This document shows, in pieces, positions 10,391 to 19,738 of a stretch of DNA of 64,000 nt. The notes under the pieces are model-generated. The model was not told the origin of the DNA, did not search any database, and saw only the letters and a program-made list of their open reading frames with translations. The position numbers were made by a program, and so were the translations under genes. How positions within the stretch are numbered: the first letter of the stretch is position 1; each line of letters starts with the position of its first letter. Source of the stretch: Omnitrophica WOR_2 bacterium GWF2_43_52 (GTDB taxonomy: Bacteria > Omnitrophota > Gorgyraeia > Gygaellales > UBA12090). The stretch is taken from NCBI GenBank assembly GCA_001805445.1, contig MHGF01000029.1, positions 4,270 to 68,269 on the forward strand, in the 5' to 3' direction.

Positions 10391-12334
10391 ATGGATCTTG
10401 AAACAGTTTTTCACGATTTTCTTAACAGTTTTAAAGTCGCGCTGAATAATGCTGCGGTGTATTTTCCTGAGCATCCCGTTTTTAAAAAATCAATAGAAGA
10501 CTGCAAACTGAAAATAGAACTACTGGTAACATTTGTTAATCCTATAAGAATTGCTTTTGCTCCGGTTTCGCTATTTTTTAACGGAAAAGTCTTTGAGAAA
10601 ACGCAACTCTATGAAGACCTGGCAAGGTTTTTCCATTTCCGCAAGATCCAAAGCGTAGAAATTAGAAAAGGGGTATCGTTGGAGGAGTTGATTAATTTTT
10701 TCCTTAATGTTTCGAAGAGTCCCCGCGAAATTTTCAAAAAAGGAGTAATAGAGAGCATTGCTAAAAAAGAGAGCATATCTTCTATTAGGGTAGAAGTGTT
10801 AGATTATTCCCAGTTTCTTTGCACTGATTGGGGAGAAGAGGGTAAGGATGTCTGGGCATACCTGTTTAACACTATTATGTCGGAAGAGGATACCCACAAG
10901 ATTGATCATCTTGCTGATAACTTTGAAGAAGTGGTGGGTAGGTTAAAAAGCAGTGATTTACTCGAGAATGAGGAATTGCACTACAGCATGGTTAAATTCC
11001 TTGAATATCTGCAAAGCAAAGAACACCAAAAGTTCCTTGAATGCTCGAAAGCAGTAATGAACCTTATCTTAAAAGACAGGAATATTTCTCAAGAAGCTAT
11101 GCTTGAGAGGGCGCGCACCTTTTTTAGAGGATTAAATGCGGAACAATTGGCAGATACCTTGTGGCAGGAAATTGTAGGGAATGACAGTTTTAACTCCTTA
11201 AGCTTTGGCCTGTTTTCCACCTTAATTAGGGATAAAAAACAACATGAGCAAATTGCCGTTTCTCTGGCGGATAAATTTAAAAAAGACAAGCGGGTTGTTG
11301 ATAACCCTCGCGTAAGAAAAAAGATTCAAGACTTGTTTTTATCTGCGAATACCTCTGTTCCCGAAGTGTATCGTAGCACGCTTTCGATATTACTTAAGGA
11401 GCTAACTACTTCAAAAGCAGGCCAAGCGCTCTTCAATACTCATTCCGTACATAACAGCTATCGTTTTCTTATCCTTAATTTATTGGCGCAGGAAAGAAAT
11501 CGCAGTAGGCTGGCGCTACTATCGGAAAAACTGTTGGCTGAGTGGTCTTCTGTTACTGCCGATAGTGATATAGAGTTTCTGAAAGTGTTTCTAGTAATAA
11601 TGCAGCAAAAAGCAAACGATGTATCTTTTTTTGATACTCTTGAACCGTTGAAAATGCGTGCCCTAAACTTTATAGAAAACGCTCTATTCGAAGAAGAGAA
11701 TTCTTTAGGTATTGAGCGCATGGCTGATTTTCTGACCAATAGTTCTTTGTCTGCAGATGTCTATTTTAATAAGATATTTAAGGAACATAGAGTACATGCT
11801 TCCATTTTACGCCTGTTTTTCCGTTTTTATTCTAGACGTATGCCTGATTTTTACGCTCTTCTGCAAAAGAAATCTAACGATGGCGTATTTCTCAAGGCTA
11901 TGATGGATAGCTTAAAGGAGGTTAATTCAGCCTTGAGCCTGGAAATACTTAAATACATTTATTCACTTGGCGGTATTTTTGTAAAAAAAGAGATACTTGT
12001 CGCCATGCGCCAGATGACAACCCGAGATGAAAACTTTTTGTTTTCCGTCCTCAAGGAAAATAACGTGCTTCTCAGGAAAGAAGCATTCTTGTTGATACGC
12101 AATGATCCTCAGAGCATGGAAAATGCGTTTGAGCTCTTACTATGCATTTCCAGCCCTTTTGGAGTACATAATAAAATTTTGCAGGAAAATATAGAAATAG
12201 CGGCAGAAGCAAAGGCGGCCAAAGAGGCGCTTAGTTATCTTACACTATTAAGCAGGAAAAGGTTTTTTTGGAACCGAGAGGTTAGGGAAAAGGCGCATGC
12301 TGCCTTAATGAGGTTGAATGCAGAAAAATTTTGA
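10391..12334 (+). CDS. helical (HEAT-like) hypothetical protein, partner of downstream HD-GYP
   Basis: 647 aa ORF; N-terminus similar to the next gene; overlaps the next start. Confidence 0.6.
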   Translation: MDLETVFHDFLNSFKVALNNAAVYFPEHPVFKKSIEDCKLKIELLVTFVNPIRIAFAPVSLFFNGKVFEKTQLYEDLARFFHFRKIQSVEIRKGVSLEELINFFLNVSKSPREIFKKGVIESIAKKESISSIRVEVLDYSQFLCTDWGEEGKDVWAYLFNTIMSEEDTHKIDHLADNFEEVVGRLKSSDLLENEELHYSMVKFLEYLQSKEHQKFLECSKAVMNLILKDRNISQEAMLERARTFFRGLNAEQLADTLWQEIVGNDSFNSLSFGLFSTLIRDKKQHEQIAVSLADKFKKDKRVVDNPRVRKKIQDLFLSANTSVPEVYRSTLSILLKELTTSKAGQALFNTHSVHNSYRFLILNLLAQERNRSRLALLSEKLLAEWSSVTADSDIEFLKVFLVIMQQKANDVSFFDTLEPLKMRALNFIENALFEEENSLGIERMADFLTNSSLSADVYFNKIFKEHRVHASILRLFFRFYSRRMPDFYALLQKKSNDGVFLKAMMDSLKEVNSALSLEILKYIYSLGGIFVKKEILVAMRQMTTRDENFLFSVLKENNVLLRKEAFLLIRNDPQSMENAFELLLCISSPFGVHNKILQENIEIAAEAKAAKEALSYLTLLSRKRFFWNREVREKAHAALMRLNAEKF

Positions 12335-13646
12335 GACATCTTTAAGAGATTTAATCAATTCGTTACAGTTAGCAAAAATCTACCCAAGAGAACATCCTCA
12401 ATGTAGGAATGCTCTGGATAAGGCGTATGAAAGTTTGCAACATCTCCTCCAAGGCAAGGAAGAGATTGTGGTGGGGATTGTCGGTGATGAATTAGCTTTT
12501 GAGAAGGAAATTTTTCTTGATTTAAGCAGGGCTGTTAAACCGCTCATCCAGTTTCTTAAGGAAAGAGGAGTGGAAAGGATTGTATTCAGACGGGGAGTGC
12601 GAAGAGAAGAGCTTCTCGAATTTATTGTTTTCTTGATTACTCCAAAAGAAGATATTGGAAATAATGCACAACACTACTTATTACTTAAGGGTGTTGAAAA
12701 TATATTTGTTAGTAAAATAAGGCTATCATCTTCGTCTTCTGAAGAGGTGAGGAAATCAGTGCGTTATTTAAACTTATATCACGGCTCCCTTGATGCTATA
12801 TCGAAATCTATGAATGCAGTTTTAAATAGTCAGGCACTCGATTATATAGATCTAAAGTATGCCTTTACTAATATTACGGAGAAGTTATTCGGTGATTATA
12901 AAGATTTTCTCAAATTAACGACGTTAAAAAAGCACGATGTGAGTACATTTGTGCATATGCTTGATGTGGCGATTTTAGCCATGTATCTTTCTTATAGGAT
13001 GAACTTCAGGAAAGAAGAGATTTATAGTATTGGTATTGCCGCGCTTTTTCATGATATCGGGAAGATCTATATTTCGCGTAAAGTAATTGATAAACCTGAT
13101 AAATTGACAGATGAAGAGTTTGCCATGATGAAAAGTCATACTGTCTTGGGAGCGGAAATCCTTTTGAAATATACTGATAGCCTTGGCATCTTATCGCCGA
13201 CGGTTGCCTTCGAACATCATTTGCGATACGATGTTAAAGGTTATCCGAAATTAAGTTTTCCGCATATGCCGCATCAGGCCTCTCTTATTGTTTCAGTGTG
13301 CGATGTTTATGATGCGCTTAATCAGCGCAGGAGCTATAAAAACAGTTATTCTCCCGATATGATTTATAATTTAATGCTTAAAGAAAAGGGTGGATTATTT
13401 GACCCTGAAATCCTGGAAAGATTTTTTAAGGTGATTGGTGTTTGGCCGATAGGGGCAGTAGTAGCTTTAAGTGACCAGAGGGTAGCTGTGGTAGAAGAAG
13501 TAAATGAGGATGATATTTTTTCCCCTCGCGTTAAAATTCTTTCTCCCGATAGTAAGGAAGAGCGGATAGATTTAAGAGAAAGAAAGCCGGAAATCAAGGT
13601 AGAGCATATTGTGGAGGGGTTTGACTACAAGAAAAATTTCTCTTGA
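12318..13646 (+). CDS. HD-GYP cyclic dinucleotide phosphodiesterase
   Basis: LFHDIGK, HHLRYDVKGYP, DVYDAL, RSYK. Confidence 0.9.
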   Translation: MQKNFETSLRDLINSLQLAKIYPREHPQCRNALDKAYESLQHLLQGKEEIVVGIVGDELAFEKEIFLDLSRAVKPLIQFLKERGVERIVFRRGVRREELLEFIVFLITPKEDIGNNAQHYLLLKGVENIFVSKIRLSSSSSEEVRKSVRYLNLYHGSLDAISKSMNAVLNSQALDYIDLKYAFTNITEKLFGDYKDFLKLTTLKKHDVSTFVHMLDVAILAMYLSYRMNFRKEEIYSIGIAALFHDIGKIYISRKVIDKPDKLTDEEFAMMKSHTVLGAEILLKYTDSLGILSPTVAFEHHLRYDVKGYPKLSFPHMPHQASLIVSVCDVYDALNQRRSYKNSYSPDMIYNLMLKEKGGLFDPEILERFFKVIGVWPIGAVVALSDQRVAVVEEVNEDDIFSPRVKILSPDSKEERIDLRERKPEIKVEHIVEGFDYKKNFS

Positions 13647-13670
13647 CAGAATTATTGTTTGTGGTATAGT
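13643..13670 (+). promoter_or_regulatory. sigma70-type promoter of the nitrogen cluster
   Basis: TTGACA-N16-TATAGT with TG extension. Confidence 0.75.
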
Positions 13671-13680
13671 TTAGGTATTG

Positions 13681-13736
13681 TACAAAGCTGTAAAGCGCAT
13701 AGAGGCGTCCAGAACAAAAGTCTGGACGTTTTTTTT
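13681..13736 (+). promoter_or_regulatory. ANTAR-type dual hexaloop overlapping an intrinsic terminator
   Basis: TAC-AAAGCT-GTA and CGC-ATAGAG-GCG; the second overlaps CGTCCAGA...TCTGGACG-T8. Confidence 0.7.
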
Positions 13737-13901
13737 GCAGCTATATAAAGGCTCGCTTAAGAACGTAAAGAAAACCATGAAGAAGTAGCTGTAGGTTTTA
13801 AAAGCAGCTTTTATAATGTTTCATTAGTGTTTTGGTGATCTCGGGATAACGATGTCCTGAATATAGCAAGGCTAAAGAAGCTATGTTTGGGACATTTTTT
13901 T

Positions 13902-14480
13902 ATGAAAGAGGCAGCGGGAGAATTTTCATATACTGTGAGAGAGCAAAGTTTTGATACCATAGTCAATGCACTTATGCCGAGCATAAAAAAAATCTGCACA
14001 AAGAATAGATTTTTGGGATGTATTGATAGGGATGATCTCATTCAGGAAGCGCTTATAAGCCTATGGAAACGGTTTGCGTGCGGCCAATTGCGTGATAAAA
14101 CAATAAGCTATGTCCTCAAAGGGTGTTATTTTCATATACAGAATTATATCCGGACACATAAAGTGCGTTGCGATATAAAAAGCCTTGATGAACCTATAGC
14201 CAGAGAAGGGCCTGATATTATTTATCTTAAGGATATCATTCCCGACACAGTGGAGAGTCCTTTACAGAGGCTCAATTGTAAGCTTATTGTTGATGACTTG
14301 ATGCATAACGGATTAAGGAGCCGCGAGAAAGAGGTAGTGAGTTTGCTTTACAAAGGCCTCACGCTCAGGGAGGCGGCGGAAGCGTTAGGTATATCTCATG
14401 TGCGTGTTTTCAAAATAAAACAGGCCATATGCTCAAGGTATAAAGATAAGTTTTTTGATACTAGCAGCGCTGCCAGGTAA
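13902..14480 (+). CDS. sigma-70 family (ECF/SigH-like) sigma factor
   Basis: DDLIQEALISLW region 2; REKEVV...GLTLREAAEALGISHVRV region 4; start uncertain (TTG 13887 alternative). Confidence 0.8.
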   Translation: MKEAAGEFSYTVREQSFDTIVNALMPSIKKICTKNRFLGCIDRDDLIQEALISLWKRFACGQLRDKTISYVLKGCYFHIQNYIRTHKVRCDIKSLDEPIAREGPDIIYLKDIIPDTVESPLQRLNCKLIVDDLMHNGLRSREKEVVSLLYKGLTLREAAEALGISHVRVFKIKQAICSRYKDKFFDTSSAAR

Positions 14481-14573
14481 GTCATATTCCTTAGCTGTGG
14501 TGTACACAGGCGAAAACAATGCTGTTACGCTGATAAAAAATAGTAAAGGGTAAAAGCACCGGGAAAGAAGGGT

Positions 14574-14618
14574 TAAGACAAAGGGCGTCTTACAAAGAAG
14601 GCGCCTCTTTTATTTTTT
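14574..14618 (+). terminator. attenuator-like terminator before P-II
   Basis: GGGCGTCTT/AAGGCGCCT stem with T-rich tail; overlaps TAAGAC-AAAGGGC-GTCTTA hairpin. Confidence 0.55.
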
Positions 14619-14640
14619 AAATAAATGAATGGGTGAGAAA

Positions 14641-14961
14641 ATGAAAAAAATTGAGTGTATTGTCCGTGAGGAAAAACTGAAGGAGCTTACGCAAGCACTG
14701 CGCGAGGTAGGTATAGGCGGCATGACCGTAAGTGAAGTGCGGGGTTTTGGCGTGCAGACCCTGCGCCCTGAAAGTTTTCTTTTTGTGCATAAGGTAAAAA
14801 TAGAGATTTACGCCGCGGATTCACAGGTAAATGAAATTGTGGATACGGTTGTCTCCCATTGCGCTTCCGGGAAATTGGGCGATGGTAAGATCGCGGTGTT
14901 ACCGATGGAAGACTGTATCCGCGTGCGTACAGGAGCGCGTAAGCAAACGGCGCTATTTTAG
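14641..14961 (+). CDS. P-II nitrogen regulator (short T-loop)
   Basis: MKKIECIVR, SEVRGFG, GDGKIAV, RVRTG. Confidence 0.9.
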   Translation: MKKIECIVREEKLKELTQALREVGIGGMTVSEVRGFGVQTLRPESFLFVHKVKIEIYAADSQVNEIVDTVVSHCASGKLGDGKIAVLPMEDCIRVRTGARKQTALF

Positions 14962-15004
14962 TTTTAAGGCTAACAAAGATTCACAAAAAAAAGGAGGAAG
15001 AAAG

Positions 15005-16234
15005 ATGATAAACTCAGGAGATACCGCATTTGTCTTGATGTCGGCGGCATTAGTATTGCTCATGACGCCGGCATTGGCATTTTTTTATGGAGGCATGGTA
15101 AAACGTAAAAACGTATTGGGTATTTTGATGCAGTGTTTTATTCTGATGTGCGTGATAAGCCTGCAGTGGGTACTCTACGGCTATAGCCTTTCTTTTGCCC
15201 CCGGAGAAGGTTTTTGGGGTGGGTTTAGCTGGGCAGGGCTTACTAATGTAGGTTTAGAGCCTTACGCGGATTACGCGGGGACGATTCCTCATCAGGCATT
15301 TATGATTTTTCAGGCAATGTTCGCGATTATTACCCCGGCTTTAATCCTGGGCGCGTTTGCCGAAAGGATGAAGTTTTCTTCCTTTTTAGTTATCATGATT
15401 CTTTGGGCGACATTTGTCTATGATCCGGTCTGCCATTGGGTTTGGGGGCTTGGCGGCTTTATCAGGAAATTAGGCGCTTTGGATTTTGCCGGCGGGACTG
15501 TAGTGCATATCAATGCCGGTATCGCGGCGTTAGTAACGGCGCTTGCTATAGGAAAGAGAAAGAATTTTAATCATAGCCCTACCCCTCCGCATAATGTCCC
15601 TTTTATAGTCTTAGGCGCGGGGTTATTATGGTTTGGCTGGTTTGGGTTTAATTCAGGAAGCGCTTTGGCGGCAAATGGCATAGCGGTGAATGCCTTTGTG
15701 GTTACCAATACCGCGGCAGCCGCGGCAGGCTTAAGTTGGGCGCTTTTGGATTGGATGTTTAACGGCAAGCCCACTATTTTTGGATGTGTCACGGGTGTGG
15801 TTGCCGGGTTGGTCGCGATTACCCCCGCGGCAGGCTTTGTGAATGTTATTTCGGCAATAATTATAGGAGTGGTAGTGAGCATAATATGTTTTATTTCGGT
15901 TACCGTGCTTAAGCCGAAACTTGGCTATGATGATTCTCTCGACGCCTTTGGGGTGCATGGTGTTGGCGGTATTTGGGGGGCGCTGGCAACAGGCTTGTTT
16001 GCTTCCAAAAGTGTTAATCCCGCGGGCGCGGACGGATTATTTTATGGTAACCCGCAGCTTTTTATTATCCAATTAAAAGCAGTCGGAATAACCGTCCTCT
16101 ATTCTTTGATTGTTACTTTTGCTATTTACAAGATTGTGGATATGGTAATGGGGGTGAGGGCGTCAGAGAAGGATGAAGTTGTTGGGCTTGACCTTACTCA
16201 GCACCATGAGGCCGCATATACACTTTTGGAATAG
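15005..16234 (+). CDS. amtB: ammonium transporter
   Basis: SD GGAGG then ATG 15005; FFYGG, DFAGGTVVH, WFGWFGFN, AFGVHGVGG. Confidence 0.95.
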   Translation: MINSGDTAFVLMSAALVLLMTPALAFFYGGMVKRKNVLGILMQCFILMCVISLQWVLYGYSLSFAPGEGFWGGFSWAGLTNVGLEPYADYAGTIPHQAFMIFQAMFAIITPALILGAFAERMKFSSFLVIMILWATFVYDPVCHWVWGLGGFIRKLGALDFAGGTVVHINAGIAALVTALAIGKRKNFNHSPTPPHNVPFIVLGAGLLWFGWFGFNSGSALAANGIAVNAFVVTNTAAAAAGLSWALLDWMFNGKPTIFGCVTGVVAGLVAITPAAGFVNVISAIIIGVVVSIICFISVTVLKPKLGYDDSLDAFGVHGVGGIWGALATGLFASKSVNPAGADGLFYGNPQLFIIQLKAVGITVLYSLIVTFAIYKIVDMVMGVRASEKDEVVGLDLTQHHEAAYTLLE

Positions 16235-16373
16235 AGATTTCTTTAAAAATGAGGAGCAGCGCTGAACATGTTACATAGGAAGATGATAATTGTTGCGTGT
16301 ACCGCTCACCGTAACGGTAAACTGTTGGCGGTAAACGGTAAACGAAACAGTATCTTTAAACAGAGGAGGTTAT

Positions 16374-16715
16374 ATGAAACTTATTATCGCGATTATTCAG
16401 CCGCATAAGTTAGAGGATGTCAAGGCTGAACTCTATAATACAGAAGTAAACCTTATTACCGTAAGTGAAGTTTTAGGCCATGGCCGGCAGAAGGGGGTCA
16501 CTGAGGTGTATCGCGCGGCAAGGGAAAAAGGAAACCTTTTACGAAAGGTTAAACTGGAAATTGCCGTTAACGATAATTTTGTCGAGCCAACCATAAAGGC
16601 GATTACTAAGGGCGCGCGGACAGGTGAGATAGGCGATGGTAAAATCTTTGTGTTAGATTTAAAAGATTGTGTCCGTATCCGCACCGAAGAACGCGGGCCT
16701 ATGGCTATAGGATAA
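16374..16715 (+). CDS. glnK: P-II nitrogen regulator (GlnK-like)
   Basis: [22 protein letters not shown]; adjacent to amt. Confidence 0.85.
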   Translation: MKLIIAIIQPHKLEDVKAELYNTEVNLITVSEVLGHGRQKGVTEVYRAAREKGNLLRKVKLEIAVNDNFVEPTIKAITKGARTGEIGDGKIFVLDLKDCVRIRTEERGPMAIG

Positions 16716-16910
16716 AAGAGATGATGGAAGCCGCATGGCCTCTTGGGTGCGCGAGGGGAGGCCTGCGGTCAAGAAAATATGGGTTACCAAAGTAACCATA
16801 AAATTACTTATCATAATAATAAGGTTATGGTATACTCTTTTCTTGGCGGAAAGTGTAAAAAGGGCAAATCGGTTTGACCGTTAGCCCCTAGAGAGACAAA
16901 AAAATTACAG

Positions 16911-17106
16911 TAGTGCACTGTGAAATTAGTTCTCAATAGTTGACAGTGCACTAAGGGGGTGTGGGGAAGACCGTTACCCACGATTGGGGGGTGTTCAGCG
17001 TAGCCGACGATGAGTCGGCGGAGCGCCGAAGGGGGGCTTGCTCCCATAGCGGAAGTGCGGAGTTAACTTTCGCTATACTACCAATAATTAAGTTAACAGA
17101 GCACTA
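16911..17106. mobile_element. MITE-like element with imperfect terminal inverted repeats and GC-rich core
   Basis: TAGTGCACTGTGAAATTA ... TAAGTTAACAGAGCACTA (15/18 inverted match); core resembles 57225 and 57704. Confidence 0.5.
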
Positions 17107-17304
17107 GTGCGGTAATATGTTAAAAGTGCCTGCCCACGGCTTCGCCGTGAGGCGAGCCGCAAGCAGGGATATCGGATGATCAGGGGATTGGGAGAAAAAG
17201 GTAATATTTTGTTCCCAATATCCTGATGCCCTGATTACCAAATCCTGATACCCTGATTGCCTGATTTCCGTATTTCACATCTATTATAACACATAGTATA
17301 CGAG
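17106..17304. repeat. about 200 bp hairpin element with conserved ends, copy 2
   Basis: Same 16 bp ends as 6238-6427. Confidence 0.8.
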
Positions 17305-17316
17305 TGGAGGAGGATC

Positions 17317-19509
17317 ATGAGTATTCGAGAAGAAGTTTTATTCAAAATTAAGAGTGTTGATTTGGAGAAGAAAGAGCAGCCTGAAAGTGTATCGAGCTAT
17401 TATGGTGAGAATACTTTTAGTGTCTCAACAATGAAAGAGCATATTTCCGAAAGCACATTTAACGCCTTTAAGCGTTGGATGTCCGAAGGAATAACTATTT
17501 CCATGGACCAGGCTAATGAGATTGCCGAGTGCATGAAAAAATGGGCTATGTCTAAGGGAGCGACGTACTATACCCATTGGTTTCAGCCGATGACGGGGTT
17601 AACCGCGGAAAAACACGATAGTTTTATTTCCATAATCGCGCCCGGAAGAGTTATCGAGAAATTTTCAGGGAATAAGCTTATTCAGGGTGAGCCTGATGCC
17701 AGCTCTTTTCCTTCCGGCGGCATACGCGCGACTTTTGAGGCCAGGGGTTATACCGCCTGGGACCCTTCAAGCCCCGCGTTTATCATTGAAAGCACATTGG
17801 GCAAAACGTTGTGCATCCCGAGCATTTTTATTTCCTATCACGGAGAGGCATTAGATAAGAAGCTTCCGCTGTTGCGTTCTGATGAGGCTTTAAATAAAGC
17901 CGCCATAGGCCTGTTACAGCTTTTTGGCCATAAAGATGTTAAAAAAGTAGTTTCTACCTGCGGGCCGGAACAGGAGTATTTTTTAATAGACAAGCATTAT
18001 TATAATTTGAGGCAGGACTTGGTATTGACCGGGCGCACCTTGGTAGGGGCGGGTTCCCCTAAGGGCCAGCAGTTAGAAGACCAGTATTTTGGGACCATTA
18101 AAGAGCGGGTGATTAATTTTATGTTTGAGGTGGCTGAGGAAGCCTATAAGTTAGGCATTCCGGTTATTACCCGGCATAATGAAGTCGCGCCGCATCAATA
18201 TGAGTTCGCGCCTATGTTTGAAGAATCAAATCTTGCCGCTGACCATAATCAGCTCTTGATGGAGTTAATGAAGAAGGTCGCGCTTCGCCATAACATGGTG
18301 TGCTTGTTGCACGAAAAGCCGTTTGCCGGCATAAACGGAAGCGGTAAGCACCTTAATTGGTCCTTGGCGGATGATAAAGGCAACAATCTTTTAAATCCCG
18401 GAGAAACCCCTGAGGATAATCTGCAGTTTCTGGCGGTATTAGCCGCGGTGCTTCGGGCAGTCTACAAGCACTCTGACCTTTTACGCGCGAGTGTGGCAAT
18501 GGCAGGAAATGAGCACCGCTTGGGAGCTAACGAGGCCCCGCCTGCGATTATCAGTGTCTTCCTGGGAAGCCAGTTAACCTCTATCCTGGACATGCTTGAA
18601 AAAGGAGCTAAGAATAAGGTTTCTAAACGCGACATAATTGACTTAGGCATTGCCCGCCTGCCCAAGTTTAATAAAGACACCACCGACCGTAACCGTACTT
18701 CGCCATTTGCCTTTACCGGTAATAAGTTTGAATTCAGGGCGGTAGGCTCTTCTCAGAATATTTCAACGCCTATTACGGTAATTAATACTATTATCGCCGA
18801 GAGCCTGGATTACGTAGCCGATAAAATACGCAAGGCTTCAAGCGGTAAAGATTTTAACACCGCAGTGTTACGGGTGGTTGCTGAGCTTACCAAAGAAACC
18901 AAAGATATCCGTTTTGAAGGCAATAATTATTCCGAAGAGTGGCTGAAAGAGGCCAAGAAACGAGGCCTTCCCAATGTCGCTTCTACCGCGGAGTCATTAA
19001 AGGCGTTGGAGAAGAAGGATAATATCGCCCTGTTTGAGAAATATAAGGTTTTCTCAAAGGAGGAACTTATAGCGCGCTACAAGATTTGGATGGATATGTA
19101 TAATATAACCATAGGAATTGAGGCGAATACCCTGAACGAAATGGTCAATTCCTGTATTGTGCCCGCGGGCTGCGAATACGAGCAATTATTGGCGGATAAT
19201 CTTTTAAAGCTTACACAGCTTAAGAAAGAGGTTAAGTTGGAGTTAGATGCCGCGGTGTTAAATGACCAGAAAGCTCATTTGAGTGAAGTGGCGCAAAAGA
19301 TTTATTACGTCAGGCGCAACTCCAAGGAGCTGGAGAAGCTTTTGGAAAAAGCCGCCGGCCTGCACCACGAAGAGCGCGCGGAGCTTTATTTTGAAGAGCT
19401 CAAGCCGCTTATGGAACATATCAGAAAACATGTTGATGCCTTGGAGCGGGTTGTTTCCGATGAACATTGGGATTTGCCCAAGTATCGCGAGATGCTGTTT
19501 GTAAAATAG
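17317..19509 (+). CDS. glnA: glutamine synthetase type III
   Basis: HWFQPMTGLTAEKHD, GEPDASSFPSGG, HEKPFAGINGSGKH, DRNRTSPFAFTGNKFEFR; 730 aa. Confidence 0.95.
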   Translation: MSIREEVLFKIKSVDLEKKEQPESVSSYYGENTFSVSTMKEHISESTFNAFKRWMSEGITISMDQANEIAECMKKWAMSKGATYYTHWFQPMTGLTAEKHDSFISIIAPGRVIEKFSGNKLIQGEPDASSFPSGGIRATFEARGYTAWDPSSPAFIIESTLGKTLCIPSIFISYHGEALDKKLPLLRSDEALNKAAIGLLQLFGHKDVKKVVSTCGPEQEYFLIDKHYYNLRQDLVLTGRTLVGAGSPKGQQLEDQYFGTIKERVINFMFEVAEEAYKLGIPVITRHNEVAPHQYEFAPMFEESNLAADHNQLLMELMKKVALRHNMVCLLHEKPFAGINGSGKHLNWSLADDKGNNLLNPGETPEDNLQFLAVLAAVLRAVYKHSDLLRASVAMAGNEHRLGANEAPPAIISVFLGSQLTSILDMLEKGAKNKVSKRDIIDLGIARLPKFNKDTTDRNRTSPFAFTGNKFEFRAVGSSQNISTPITVINTIIAESLDYVADKIRKASSGKDFNTAVLRVVAELTKETKDIRFEGNNYSEEWLKEAKKRGLPNVASTAESLKALEKKDNIALFEKYKVFSKEELIARYKIWMDMYNITIGIEANTLNEMVNSCIVPAGCEYEQLLADNLLKLTQLKKEVKLELDAAVLNDQKAHLSEVAQKIYYVRRNSKELEKLLEKAAGLHHEERAELYFEELKPLMEHIRKHVDALERVVSDEHWDLPKYREMLFVK

Positions 19510-19524
19510 CAGCCGCAGTGAAGG

Positions 19525-19564
19525 AAAAAAAGGGGAAACAGGAATAATGTTTCCCCTTTTTTTT
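19525..19564. terminator. bidirectional intrinsic terminator
   Basis: A7-GGGGAAACA...TGTTTCCCC-T8. Confidence 0.85.
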
Positions 19565-19738
19565 CTTGCCTAAAGCCCGACTTTGAGATATTATAAATAT
19601 TCGTTTAAGGAAAGGATAAGTGATAAATTATGAATGATAAATTTAAATTTTCCCCCCTCCATGTTTTTATGCAGGCTATTCTTGTCGTAAGGTACAACGT
19701 AAAACTTATCATTTATAACTTATAATTCATAATTTCTA

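Noticed and set aside
14831-15004. N-terminal extension of Amt
   Set aside because: Overlaps P-II; a strong SD precedes ATG 15005.
16861-16888. c-di-GMP-I or glutamine riboswitch before glnA
   Set aside because: GGGCAAA begins a simple hairpin, but the other conserved elements of either riboswitch are not visible.
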